Of a stretch of 64,000 nt of DNA, positions 27,486-41,774 are shown piece by piece. How positions within the stretch are numbered: position 1 is the first letter of the stretch; each line of letters opens with the position of its first letter. The notes under the pieces were generated by a model. It ran no database searches, was not told where the DNA came from, and worked only from the letters and a program-made list of their open reading frames with translations. A program made the position numbers and the translations under genes. The stretch is from Octopus vulgaris (lineage: Eukaryota): positions 44,330,001 through 44,394,000 of the forward strand of contig OX597834.1 of NCBI GenBank assembly GCA_951406725.2, written 5' to 3'.

Positions 27486-28502
27486 AATGTATATATAATG
27501 ACATATTTATTGGAGAAGCTCATTCTGTCCTTCACTTCATTCGCCAATATGTTTATGTGTTTTCACTTGTTCTGTGATACTAACGTCTCGGAGCAAACCT
27601 TGGAATCATAGACTCCTTTTTCGTCCTCGTCTGGGTTTATATGACTTGGACCAATTACTATTATACCTTGACAATTTAGACTAGAGACAAACTCTCAGTG
27701 ATACAGCATGTCACACAATCTTACAACCACAAGATCATACACTGATAATAATGCTTTTCAGATTTTGATTGTTATTTCGCTTCAAGACAACGTAATCGAT
27801 ACAGATCTATGATAAAAGACATTCTATTGTGACTATCGCATCATTTTAAAGGCATTTACGACCACATTACTTATTATGTTCTCTTTCTTATTAAAGATGG
27901 TAAGGTCGAGACTTTTAGGGATTGGACTGCTGTTTCTAACCAAGTCGAGTGACTGAAAATTGAGAAAACCTGTTACATCATTTTCTGGTATGAAAAATAC
28001 GAAACTAAAATAAAATGAAATGTTAATGTTAGGTTCTATAGCTTAGTCGATAATGTGTCAACAGAGATTTTTTCAGTCATGTAAATAATTTCCCGAAAAA
28101 TCGCAATTCAGAGGAACTTATCTGAAGGATTTCGAAGGATCTTACTATGTATCGGTCGCGAACAGAATATTCTCCATCCTTCTGCTGCCAGAAACTATCT
28201 TTGCCGTTAAAATCTCTGAAGGCAATTTGACGAGATTGTCTCGGATATAATAACACTGCATTAGTTAAGTGTAGAGAGGCTATCGTCAGGTTTTGTTGGG
28301 CAGACGTCGAACATTACACTTACGAAAGTCAAAGGCTTCCATATCTTACAAAGCCTTCCGTTAAATTACATCAGTTGCATTCTAAATATATTGAAACGAA
28401 ATGTTTTAGAAACACTTCAGCATGGTTGTGACACTGCACTTCCCTGAATCGTATCTCATGAGAAACTAAAAGAAGCTAAGTGAGCGAACGAGATGCAACC
28501 GG

Positions 28503-28569
28503 GTACTATAAGTAATAGGGAGAGTTTACGAAAAAAAATAAAACAAAAAAACGAAGACAGGTGGTGTAC

Positions 28570-28666
<97 letters not shown>

Positions 28667-28838
28667 AGAGTTTACGAAAAAAGCAAAAGACGAAGACAGG
28701 TGGTGTACAAAACAAATAGATGTATTAGTATACCGCTCAGGAATAGAAAACGTCTTTTACGCTTCGAGCCTACGCTTTTCTACAGAAAGGGACACAGAAA
28801 AAACAAGGAGAGAAAAAATGTGTACTATAAGTAATAGG
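28503..28838 (-). mobile_element. Penelope-like partial-tandem element with hammerhead-like variant and 17-bp flanking direct repeat
   Basis: gtactataagtaatagg at 28503-28519 and 28822-28838. Internal duplication of tagggagagtttacg...gtggtgtacaaaac. Homologous to 49970-50100. Confidence 0.75.
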
Positions 28839-30681
28839 TAGTTTTCCCTCAAACTATACAATATTTTCTTTAAGAACAGCTTTTAATTGATAATGTTGTT
28901 TAAACGAAAATTGATGACAAAAATATATTTAGGAATAGCTATGGCTGGAATCATATAGCTGATGGATTATAGTTGACACAAAGCCAAATAACAACCACGA
29001 CCACAACCACAACCGCAACTTGAAACTAAGCTCTCAGTTTAAAACCAAGCTTGCTGTCGGATATTCTTTAGGTTTGGTGTTTCTATGGGATGTATGTACC
29101 TTGTGAAGACCTAAACATTTCAATGCAATCAATTGTTACCTGAAAAAATATTGACATGTCATCCTCTAAAAAACGCCAAGACGTGACGCCTATTTCTTAA
29201 CAGAATTTCTTTCATTGTTTCACATTCTCCTTGCTCTACCTTACCATTTTGCACTATTAGATGCTTCACAGAAACTTTGAAATCATTACTGTAGTTTAAT
29301 TAAGCATGTATTCTTTCTACAAAGCTGCGGGCTTTGAACAAGCAATATACGTATACCTACTCAGGGTACCAGTTTACATAGAGAGTCACTGATCCGAACC
29401 GGGATAACATAAACGTCTTTCTGATTGTATAGAGTTCGGTATTGTTTATTGTAATCTATGCCACTAATACTCGAGAAGGTGAACTGTGCAGCGCTACGCC
29501 TACGTAAGACGAAAATAAAACAAAACGAAAAATTATCTAACACAAGAATCCATTAGATTTAATGAACACTTTAAATGCAATAGGACGAAAGCTATTATTA
29601 CCATTCAGCATTGCTAAACAGCAATAGCTCAATGCCTATTGGCTAACGATAGTGGGAAGGAAGAGGGGTAGGAGGAGGAGGAGGAGAGAAGTGAGGTTGT
29701 TTGCACGCAACATGGCGCAAGTTGTTTCTCGATGCCACATTTAAAAACTTAAGATGGCGTCAGACACGTTATCGCTGTTTAAATACTATGGAAAAAAGGG
29801 GTCCTGATTGAAGCAGCTTCCGCCTGTAATGGACTTTATCAGCTTAGGAACCTTGTTTTCTCCGCTGACAAGCTTTGCCGTGATTAAAACATTTTCACTG
29901 GAAATGTACGATAAAAGAAATGATGTTGATGTAACTTAAGTAGGGTCTTTTTTTTGGTGACTGGAAGAGATGTGGAGAGGAAGGAGTTGAGGTGAGAAAA
30001 GAGAGATAGATAAACAGATGAACAGAGAGAGCGAAAGAGAGAGTGTAAGTGTGTGTGTGTGTGTGTGTGTATGAAAAAGTGATAAGTATTTTAGTGAAAT
30101 GAGAGATAGAGACGAAACAGTGAATTTAAAGAGAGAGAAAAATGGAGAGAAATTGAGAGAGAGAGAGAAAGAAGAGAAAGGAGAGAAATCAAGAGTGAGA
30201 GAGAAAGGAAGAGTGATACAGACAGAGACATGGAAACAGAGAGACAAAGAAGCAAAGACGTGCATTTGAAGTAAAAAAAAAGGCGGAAAGAGAGGAGGAA
30301 AATGATTGAGAGAAAGAGGGAAGATGGTAAATTTGATGACAGTGAGAATGCGTTTGTGTTTCCGAATAAGAGAGAGAGAGAGGGGGGAGTTCTCTTAATC
30401 GGCTGAAGGGGAAAAGAGAAAATAATGATGTGGATTTGGTGAGAGGCATATTGGGAGCAAGACTGGAAGAGATGGAGAATAAGGTAAAATTTGAAGTAAA
30501 GGAACGAAAGAGAATGAGGAAGAGAGAGAGAGAGAGAGAGAAAAGGAAAGTGTGTGTTTGTGAGAGGGAGAGAAATTTGTTGCCTTGTTTATGTGGTAAG
30601 AGTGAGTAGAAGAGGTGAGGGAGGAGGCTGAGTTTAAAGAAAGACAAGAGAATATGTACGTGTTAAGTGTGAGAATAGGCA

Positions 30682-30732
<51 letters not shown>

Positions 30733-30946
30733 ATGTGTGTGAGAGAGAGAGAGAGAGAGTAAGAGAGGAGGGAGAGAGGGAGGGACATGGTGTTGTAAGA
30801 GAAGCAACACTGAAAGCGATGAATGTGAATCTGAAGGGAGAGAAGGAACTTGCATGCGTGTGACTAAGAGAGACAGAGTGAGAGCTGAGAAGGTGTATGT
30901 GTGTGTGGGTGTATTGCCTGTGTGTGCGTATGTGGGCATGCATGCA

Positions 30947-30977
<31 letters not shown>

Positions 30978-31114
30978 GAGAGGGAGATAGGGAGATAGGG
31001 AGAGAGAGAGAGGAAGAGAGGGAGAGAGACAGAGAGAGAATAAGAGATGAGACTATAGTAAAATGTAAAAAAGGGGAAATGCATTGTTGCAGAAATTAGT
31101 GAAGGGACAAGGGG

Positions 31115-31590
<476 letters not shown>

Positions 31591-32029
31591 TGAGAAAGAG
31601 AGAGAGAGCGAGAGAGAGAGATAGAGAGTGAGTGAGTGAGAGAAAAGGAGAGAGAGAAGAAGAGAGAGTAAATTAGAGGAAAAGAGATATGAGAATGATT
31701 TGAGTGTCAGTGACGAGGAGATGGAGACTCTAAGACGATGAAGAGAGTTGCAAGGGTTGGATATAAAGGAGAGAAAAAATAGAGGAAGGGGTAACTGTTT
31801 CGAATGAGATAAGGGAAAGGAGTGTGGTTAGGGTAGGGGAGGACATCGATGAGGGTATCGATAGGAAGATAAGGTGTTGTGGAGACAAGGACAAATTAAG
31901 ATTTGGCGGTGAGAGAGGATGGGATTAAATGGCGGGGAGAACGAAGAGAATGAAGGGAGAGAGGGAGTGGGAGGAAGGGAGAAGGAGTGATGGTGAAAGG
32001 GACAAACGTTGATGGAAGGTTTGATGTAG

Positions 32030-32402
32030 GGAGAAGAAGAAGAAGAAGAAGAAGAAGAAGAAGAAGAAGAAGAAGAAGAAGAAGAAGAAGAGGTAGAAGT
32101 AGAAGAAGGGGAAGAAGAAGGAGAAGAATAGGAAGAAGAAGAAGGGGAAGAAAAGAAGAAGAATAGGAAGAAGAAGAAGAAGAAGGGGAAGAAAAGAAGA
32201 AGAATAGGAAGAAGAAGAAGAAGAAGAGGAAGAAAAGAAGAAGAAAAGGAAGAAGAAGAAGGGGAAGAAAAGAAGAAGAATAGGAAGAAGAAGAAGAAGA
32301 AGGGGAAGAAAAGAAGAAGAAGAAGAAGAAGAAGAAGAAGAAGAAGAAGAAGAAGAAGAAGAAGAAGAAGAAGAAGAAGAAGAAGAAGAAGAAGAAGAAG
32401 AG
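32030..32402. repeat. (GAA)n polypurine tract with higher-order repeats
   Basis: Directly visible. Confidence 0.9.
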
Positions 32403-32824
32403 CAACAACAAAATAAAGAGATGGAAAGAGAGAGTGAAAAGAGGAATGGAGATCAGGAGAGATAAGAAGCGGTGTAGAAAGAGCAGCTGATTGTCGGACA
32501 AAGAGGTGAAGGGTCGAGAGTTCAAACCATTTCCTCGGCGTTAGGATACTTCTAAGCAATATCAATGTCAATCACAATCACTCAGCACACAGCTCCAGTA
32601 AGCTGGCACCGCAAACGTGTGTGTGTGTGTGTGTGTGCGTGTGTGTGTGTGTTTGTCCGTGTACATATAGAGCAGAACTTCTCAAGCAGGCTGTTCGTTG
32701 CCCCAATTATTCACAACCAGAAACTATTTTTCTTATACGAAATTCAAGAGAACGCACGCCGGAATCGTGCCGGAGGTGCACTGCGCTAAAGCTATACACC
32801 AGCTGATGTCCTCACGGTGATACT

Positions 32825-33410
32825 CCGCCGGTGTCGACTTTGCCCTTCATCACGTAATGATCGATAAAGTAAGTACCAGTTGAGTATTGGAGCCACTGTA
32901 ATCGAAATTTCTTACCGTTTGCCATAATTTGAAACTAATGTAAGAATATTCCAAATATGATGGATATTTGAATAAAGCTGAATTGTAAAATACTTATTTC
33001 TTTACTACCCACATGGGGCTACACACAGAGAGGACAAACAAGGACAGACAAACGGATTAAGTCGATTATATCGACCCCAGTGCGTAACTGGTACTTATCT
33101 ATTCGACTCCGAAAGGATGAGATGCAAAGTTTACCTCGGCGGACGAAATACGGCTACGCATTTCGCCCGACATACAAATAATTCTGTCATCTCGACGCCT
33201 TATATTAATATTTCAAATTCTGGCACAAAGCAAGAATTTTTTTTGGGGGGTGGGGGGTGGATTTGATTATATCTTTCCCCAGTATACTGCTAGTACTTAT
33301 TGTATCGATCCTGAAAGGATGAAAGGCAAAATGAACCTCGACGGAATCTGAACATCACAAACGTAAAGACAGACGAAATGCTGCTAAGACGTTTGCCCGG
33401 TTTGTTAATG
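32825..33410. mobile_element. Cluster of SINE family C copies (one +, two -)
   Basis: Matches 21675-21910 and 61570-61785. Confidence 0.8.
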
Positions 33411-33596
33411 ACCCAAGTAGGAGGTCACCCTTTCAACATCATATTCATCGTCGCGTGACTTGCCCGGAACAATAAGTCATAATGAGCATACGATAGCAGG
33501 ATGTCTCATCTGCGCATGTCACGACCACAGAAGATGCCAGTAGTTCGCTAACTGAGCAGGTTGATCCTGGCTGTTGACAATTTTATTTATTCTGTT

Positions 33597-33805
33597 ATTT
33601 GTTTACATGATTTAGCCATTTGGCTGCGGCCATGCTAGAGCACCGCTTTAAAGGGTTTAGCCGATGAAATCGACCCCAGTCATTATTGTTTGTAAGCCTA
33701 GTACTTATTCTATCGGCCTCTTTTGCCGAACGGTTAAGTAACGGGGACTTATACACACCAACATCAGTTGTCAAGCGATTGTAGGGGGACAAACACAGAC
33801 ACAAA

Positions 33806-33846
<41 letters not shown>

Positions 33847-34140
33847 GACGGGCCTCTTTCCGTTTCCGTCTATCAAATCCACTCACAGGGCTTTAGTCGG
33901 CCCGAGTAAGGCCTTCTCAGTGGATTTGGTTGACGGTAACTGGAAGAAGACCCTCGTGTATATACATATATATGTTTGTGTGTATGTGTGTTTGTATGTG
34001 TTTATGTGTGTGTATGTGTGTGTGTGTGCGTGTGTGTATGTGTGTGTGTATCGTCTCTGTGTTTGTGTTTGTTTCTTCACAACTTGACAACTAGTGTTGG
34101 TGTAGTTACGTCCCCATAACTTAGCGGTTCGGCAAAAAAC
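33597..34140. mobile_element. Two 5'-truncated SINE A copies head-to-head (- 33597-33906, + 33907-34140)
   Basis: aaatccactcacagggct...|...gccttctcagtggatttgg. The arms are reverse-complementary but diverged. Confidence 0.8.
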
Positions 34141-35219
34141 GAACCAGAAAACACTAAATAATAGCGTTCCTTCTATGATGACACTGCCTAATACCTGGTG
34201 CCGTATTATCCAATTACACCTATTTATATAAATATATTTACTATTTATCTACTTTCAGACTTTAGAGTGTTATCCTTTGGCTCCGGTACAGGTCTATGAT
34301 CAGAGATCTTCCAGTCGCGTTTCCAGTGTATACCAAGATTTCCATCCGTCCTATTGCGTATGATCTCGATCATTCATCTCGCCCTATCTTTCGAAAGAGA
34401 TTGAGTATGATTCGGAGGAGATTCGGCTGATATTTCGAAAACGGTTGAGCAACCAATTAAACTCTCTTTCTGTATCTCAAGAAGTGGCAAGAATAAATAC
34501 TAACAACAAGATTAACACCACCACCAACAACAATAACAACAACTGCAATATCAATTACAAATGCTTTCTCAAACCGCATTAGATAAATTTAATTTAAACA
34601 AGGGATCGGAATGGAAGGGGTTGCTGGTAGAATTAGCAATAATAACAAAGATAGCAACAAGGATAGCAACAGTAATATATGGAAAAAGCAGTGAGTAATA
34701 GTAAAGACACGAAAAGCAACATTAATAACGGAGAGAAACGAGAATAACGTCAACAACTGAACCAACAATAATTGCCGTAATAAGAAGCCGCAAAATAAAT
34801 TGTAAAAGCTTATTTGAAATGCATTGCGGAGGGGTGTAGTGGGAGGAGGGAAATTAACATGCTGAATAGTGATAGCAATAATAATATTGACTATAACGAC
34901 AGAAATAATTAGTAAAAATATAAGAAAAAAAGATAATACAACTAAAATACCAATAGCTGGCAAGAGTAATTAGAGAAAGAGTGAGAACGAGAGAAGGGCG
35001 GGGAGAATCAGCCTGAATAATAATATTTGATTAGAAATTTTTATTGAATGAACGAATCGAGAGTAATAAAAGACTAGGAAAATAATAATTATGATGTAAT
35101 AATTATCTGAGTGAGGTCATTATGATACCGATGGTAAGTAGTTGTTGTGAGTCGTGTGAGTAATAAGGGTTCCTAGGTTTTGTTATAATGCCAGTAATTT
35201 CTGAGAAGCGGGTAAGTCG

Positions 35220-35595
35220 TTACACCGACCTCACACCAAGATTTAACAAGTACTTGTTTTATCGATTCCGAAAGGATATGAGGCAAAGTCAACATCGCTA
35301 GAATTTGAACTCAGAATATAAAAACGGCAGAATCGTTAGCACGGCCGGCACAATGCTTGTCCGCTGTGTTTATCCCCTTGTGGCGAGATGGCCGAATCGT
35401 TAGCACGCTGGATGGAATGTTTAGCGGTATTTCGCCCGTCGCTAAGTTCCGAGTACAAATTCCGTCGAGGTCGACTTTGCCTTTCATCCTTTCGTGGTCG
35501 ATAAATTAAGTACCAGTTGCGTACAGGGGTCGATATAATCGACTGGCCCCCTCCTCAAAAATTTCGGGCCCTGTGCGTAGAGTGAAAAAAAAAGA
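35220..35595. mobile_element. SINE family C copies (- fragment, then + with a duplicated head)
   Basis: gaatcgttagcacg occurs twice, followed by the full core. Confidence 0.8.
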
Positions 35596-36182
35596 ACTTT
35601 ATTGTTATTACTGTCACATCACTCGCAAGACTCACTATACTACTTTGGTGGATGGAGTTAGCTAGTTGCAGGGTGCTCTCCATAGTGCTAGCTTCTAATT
35701 CATAGACCCTGTCCTGTGCCATTATATTGATCTCAGCCATATAGCGGGAGTAGATGTTTAGGGTTAGGAACTCTCTTTGAGTCACCCATCTCACCATACC
35801 ATAAATAGGTTAATATGACTCTGGAGCTCGCTCCTACCGCATGAGTCGACCACTTTTCTAACCTGATCGTAGTTTTGCTGGGAATGGAGTATAGCTTTGC
35901 TCTACCCTTTCAATCTCTCTAAAGGCATCTTCTTGGTCATTGGGGTCTCTTTCTTACTGATCTTGTGGGGGCAGAAACAACTAAGACTGTATTCGTCTCA
36001 ACACACGCGATTTCACATCAGAATTCAGGAATCTTACAAAACAAATACGTATCGAGATTAATTATAATCGTAATACAAATCTCCAACGCAAACATGAACC
36101 GTTTTCAATGAGAGCAACGAGTACAGAAAGAGCGGTGGTTGCATTCAACGGGAGTCGTTTTACCACCACCACCACCACCACC

Positions 36183-36228
<46 letters not shown>

Positions 36229-36636
36229 ATAATAATAATAATAATAATAATGATAATAATAATAACACTAATAATAATAGCACAAAGGATATTGATATGG
36301 TAGGGATGAGAAGTAAGAACTAAATCGTCAACAATAATAAAAAGAAATTACAGTATTAATAATAGTAAAACTAAACAGATCCTAATATTCAGAGGAAAAA
36401 AACAGCTAAACCCGACAATGAATTTTGCCCCAAGGAAAGCAAAAAATAGATATTAAAAAGGAACTGTAATAATTCATTTAATAATCTAAGCACGAATATT
36501 ATTTAAAAAAACGAGAATGGGAAGATGAACCAGAGAGACACGAAGGAATGCTATCATTACCTCCTCCTCCTCCTCATCATCATCATCATTTTCCTCCACC
36601 TCCCACCCCTTTCCTGCTCACCTCCTCTTATTCTTC

Positions 36637-36697
<61 letters not shown>

Positions 36698-36703
36698 CAT
36701 TAT

Positions 36704-37207
36704 TGAGTGAGAGAGCAGTGCATGCCATCAAAGTGACACTGGGATAAAATATACAAAGCCCAGAATACTCATCATGACTACCTGTCTGATAAGGGTGCAC
36801 TAGGCACATGCATCACAACCATATGTGTGCGACATGGTGATCTCATACCAAGATAAACAGCACATGATCTTGCAGGTGGGGCCCAGTTAGAATTTTCTTC
36901 TGGTCGGGTAACCCATCCCACTCGAAAGGTCCCTGAATAAGGGTTGTTTAAGGATGTTGAACGAAACACCCATGTTTCCAGAGGTGAATTATTCAAACCC
37001 CAAAAAATCCCTCCCAGCACATGGCTATGATACTCCCCCACTACTTCTGCTCGTGATCAGAGATGCACATATCGTCAGCCACTAAGGGACATGCTCAACT
37101 GGTTAAGGTCAAACAACTGACAAGCAAATCTGTGGTATTGAGCAGAATATTTGCTGTAGTCCATCTTTTATACCAAGACAAAACAATGTACATGATAACA
37201 CTTCCAA

Positions 37208-37210
<3 letters not shown>
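36704..37210. mobile_element. About 500-bp non-coding insert inside a (TTA)n array, probable microsatellite-targeting retroelement
   Basis: High-complexity block with sharp borders and (TTA)n on both sides. No protein motif recognised. Confidence 0.5.
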
Positions 37211-37259
<49 letters not shown>

Positions 37260-37291
37260 CATTGTTATTATTATTATCATTATTATTATCA

Positions 37292-37343
<52 letters not shown>

Positions 37344-37411
37344 CATTATTATTATTATTATCATCCTCATCATCATCATCATTATTATTATTATTATTAT
37401 TATTATCATTA

Positions 37412-37457
<46 letters not shown>

Positions 37458-37501
37458 CATTATTATTATTATCATTATTACTATTATTACTATCATTATT
37501 A

Positions 37502-37538
<37 letters not shown>

Positions 37539-37564
37539 GGAAGCGGCAAGATGGCAGAATCATC

Positions 37565-37710
37565 TTCCATCTACCAAATCCACTCACAAGGCTTTGGTCG
37601 GCCCGAGGCTATAGTAGAAGACACTTGCTCAATGTGCCATGCAGTGGGACTGAATCCGGAAGCATGTGGTTCGTAAGCAAGCTACTTACCACACAACCAC
37701 TCCTGCACCT
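37565..37710 (-). mobile_element. SINE family A, 5' half
   Basis: Reverse complement of the head at 12753-12900. Confidence 0.85.
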
Positions 37711-38027
37711 TGTTAATATGCTTTACCGATAGAATAGAATATGCTTCAGTGAAACGCAAACTACCTTCATCAATTGGCTTTTAAAGCTACTGGTCGCACT
37801 CGTCTCTGGTTTTTCAGTTATTTGTTTATTTTAGATTCTAAACGCTCCTAAGAACATTGATAAATTTAATAAATCAAATTGTCTAACTCTCCACATTACA
37901 TATCTGAAAACCTGATATGCATGTATTTAGTTCACTGAACTCTCTCTTGAGTCATGTGGTTAATATTCCTAATCAGTATCGAATCCTCCCCCGATTCGCT
38001 CTCCTTGTCTCTCTGTACCTTTTTGCT

Positions 38028-38328
38028 ATTTTACTCGTTTCAGTCATTTGGCTGCAGCCATGCTGGAGCACCGTTTTTAGTTGAACGAATCGACCCCAGG
38101 ACTTATTTTATCGGTCTCGTATGCCGAACTGCTAAGTTACGGTGGACATAAACACAATAACATCTGTTGTCAAGCGATGGTGGAGAAAAACACAGACACA
38201 CAAGTACACACTCACACGCACATATACGACGGGCTTCTTTCCAGTTTCCGTCTACAAAATCCACTCACAAGTCTTTGGTCGACCCGTGGCTATGGAAGAA
38301 GACACTCGCCCAGGGTGCCACGCAGTGG

Positions 38329-38330
<2 letters not shown>
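38028..38330 (-). mobile_element. SINE family A, 5'-truncated
   Basis: Reverse-complement match to family A. Confidence 0.85.
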
Positions 38331-38391
<61 letters not shown>

Positions 38392-38460
38392 TGTAGGTCC
38401 CGGGTTGAGTCGGGGTTAACCACAGTAAATAAGGTACTCAATACATAGCAGAGTAAATTA

Positions 38461-38643
<183 letters not shown>

Positions 38644-39628
38644 ATACATACAGCTATATACTAGCTGCACATATCCTTTGCCACGGCAGTCTAAACTTAG
38701 CAAATACTGGCCGTTGCTATCACCAATTGGTTTTAAAATTGATTCTCAACTGTCTTCATGAACATCATGGTGATAATGATTTTAAAAGGTTTCATTCATT
38801 TAATTTTACTGGAGTTCCCTCCCTTGCATATTTTTTTTAGATTTTTCAGCACCCTTACATGCAGGCTTTCTCTACTTCCCAATTAATGGAAGTTCCTTTC
38901 ATACGGTATTATATATGTAAGATCCTACCATTTGTGCATTTAATATGCAGACACCCCGCCATACGTGTGTTAGTAACCCGGGGTATTTCTCGGCAGCCAT
39001 TGTGTTGATACAACTATATTTTTTATTTAAAATATTCTTACTTTTTTGAGAGCGGAACAATCGGGAAAGTATGCACGGAATAAAGAAACAAAGATGATTA
39101 TAAACATAAAAAAATAATAAACAAATAAATAAATAAGAAGAATGAAAAATAGGGTAGTAAAGTAAAGTAAAAATTTAAATGAGAAAAAAAAACTAAAAAT
39201 GAAGAAAGAAAAACAGATAAAGAGAAGTAAGAAATAAAAGCAAGCTGCGAAAAATTATATTAAATTCATTGGAAACTGACTGGGTTGTGTTGCATGACGG
39301 GAAAATTAATCAGAGCCGAATAAAATTGCCTTTACAAGGCGTTTAGCTTTCATAGTGTAATGATTGTAGTTGAATGGTGAAGACTGCACAGGGAGAAATG
39401 TGAAAAATTAATTAAAATCGGACAAACTTGCCAGTTGTAAACAGCTTCAGCTAGAAGCGCCACCTTCTTCCTTCTTACTTCTACCTCGCATTCGCCGTTT
39501 CCTTCTTCTTCTTCTTCTTCTTCTTCTTCTTCTTCTTCTTCTTCTTCTCCTCCTCCTCCTCATCCTTCTTCTTTTTCTTCTTCTTCTTCTTCTTCTTCTT
39601 CTTCTTCTTCTTCTTCTTCTACTTCTTC

Positions 39629-39681
<53 letters not shown>

Positions 39682-39758
39682 TTTCTATTTTTCTCCTCCT
39701 TCTCCTCATTTTCTTTTTCTTCTGCACTTCCTCCTCCTCCTCCTCCTCCTCCTCTATC

Positions 39759-39790
<32 letters not shown>

Positions 39791-40063
39791 CAACATCATC
39801 ATCATCATTATCATCATCTTCTTCTTCTACACTTCATCCTCCTCTTCTTCTTCTTCTTTTTCTTCTTCCAACGCGGTATAATATCACGCCAGACAAAACG
39901 GCATAACAGTATTTTTTTCCGCCTTTACGTCCCGAGTTCGAATTCCACCAAGGTCTGCTCTACATTCTCATTCTTACCGAATCGATAACATATGTTCAGT
40001 AATCGTCCAGAACCCGCTAGAATTTTAGGTCCTGTGCTTATATTAAACATTTTTTTACTCCTG

Positions 40064-40500
40064 TTCACATCTGGGTTGTCGTCAGGTGCTCATTGCCCTC
40101 TACCCGATGGACAATATGGTCAGTGGAAGTTCTACGGTAGCAACCTATTGAAATCTAGTCATGGGCAAGTACAATGACGTTCTCGGAGAATCTCTAGATT
40201 TCCATGAGGATGAACTAGCTGCTCTATTTCGGATGAGTTTAGGACCCCATACTGCCATGGATAATTTCATTAAATCTTTGACTAGGTAGTGCTACCGGCG
40301 AGTACTGTTTGCTCGAAATAAACCTAAGCAGTGTGAGGTGGGAATATCCAGGATCTGCGCAGAGAACCGAAACCGTACTGCACGCACTCGTGTAGTGTTC
40401 GAGTATTGTTGACTCATGGAGTTATGTCAGACGACTGTTACACGAATAGGGCAAATCCGACTATGGGCTAAAGCCCTCAACTCCGACTATCGGCTAAAAC
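40064..40500 (+). mobile_element. Degenerate L1/Tx1-like non-LTR ORF2 C-terminal fragment
   Basis: MDNFIKSLTR*CYRRVLFARNK and YPGSAQRTETVLHALV*C resemble the zf-RVT CCHC knuckle (CxxC...ETxxHxLxxC). In-frame stops present. Confidence 0.6.
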
Positions 40501-40569
40501 CAGGTCTTACATGGACAAGACCTGCCAGGGCCTGCAAGAAAAAATTTTCCAAGGCCTACAATTGAAATT

Positions 40570-40815
40570 AAGGTGCAAGTGGCTGAGCGCTCCACAGACA
40601 CGCGTAATCTTTGCTTAGTTCTCAGGGAGATTCAGCGTGGCACAGAATGTGACATGCATGGCCATTTGTAATATATAGACAACTCTTTATTGCCAGCTGA
40701 GTGGACTAGAGCAACGCGAAATAAAGTGTCTTGCTCAAGGACACAACACGCTACTGGGAATGGAACTCAAGGTTGTTGGGTAGTTAGCCGAATGACCAAA
40801 CCACTAAGCCACGCA
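40570..40815 (-). mobile_element. Diverged SINE with a family B-like head
   Basis: gccagctgagtggactagagcaac...cttgctcaaggacacaac...ccactaagccacgc. Confidence 0.7.
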
Positions 40816-41731
40816 CGATCAGTCACAGATAGGTACGTTTGACATCTCGGGTGAGGAGTGAAGGGAAATGATTCAATCGGGAATAGAAATAAACGTGGGT
40901 TTGCACTGTGACTCTGCAGCTATGCATGAATGTTTTGGAACTGAAATGGCAATAAAAATATAGCGATATGAATCAACAACTACCCGAAACCCAAAATTGT
41001 GTGATAAAGTCAGTTCAGTGCTATTTGGGGTAGGTTTACTATACTGCGTTTATTATGATACTTCAGAAATGGAATCGGGAAAAGTCTTTTACGAAAACAT
41101 CTGGATTTTTAATTTAAAAATTGTACCAAGTATTTAAACAAGCGTGCTCTGTTGATAACTTTAAACCGCGTAATGATACTTATCACATTCACATTAATAG
41201 TAGGTGTGATCAGGCATATCAATTTACAGTCACGCATGCGGGTGTACACACTCTCTCTCTCACACACACACGTGTGTAAACATGTAGTATATGAAATCTG
41301 AGTTTATGTTTGTGTGCTTAAGTGTGTGTTTTGGATATAAACTATTTGTCATACAGATGCATTGTAGAAAAAAAATATGACAACATATAACTACGTATCT
41401 ATTTATCCGTCTTGCTCTATATAAACACACACGTAAGCATATGTGAGTGTCTATGCGTTTATTATACGTGAGTGTTTGTAAGTATAACTATTTATATGTA
41501 TAAGTAAACGAGTTTGTGTAATCTAATAAGTATAATTCGTGAAAGATATCAGGGCAAGATATCATAACCTAGATACTCAAACAAAGTACTTGTCCGCCGT
41601 GAGGCGATTTACTTGCAGATAACACTGTCAAACCTCACTATCGTGATAAATAAACACCTTTAATCTCTCATAGGTGCATACAATAAATATACATACATAC
41701 ATAAATATACAAATACATAATGTGTAAACAC

Positions 41732-41774
<43 letters not shown>

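Noticed and set aside
36785-36810. CTGATAAG as a hammerhead core
   Set aside because: G8 is absent and there is no properly placed GAAA or closing stems.
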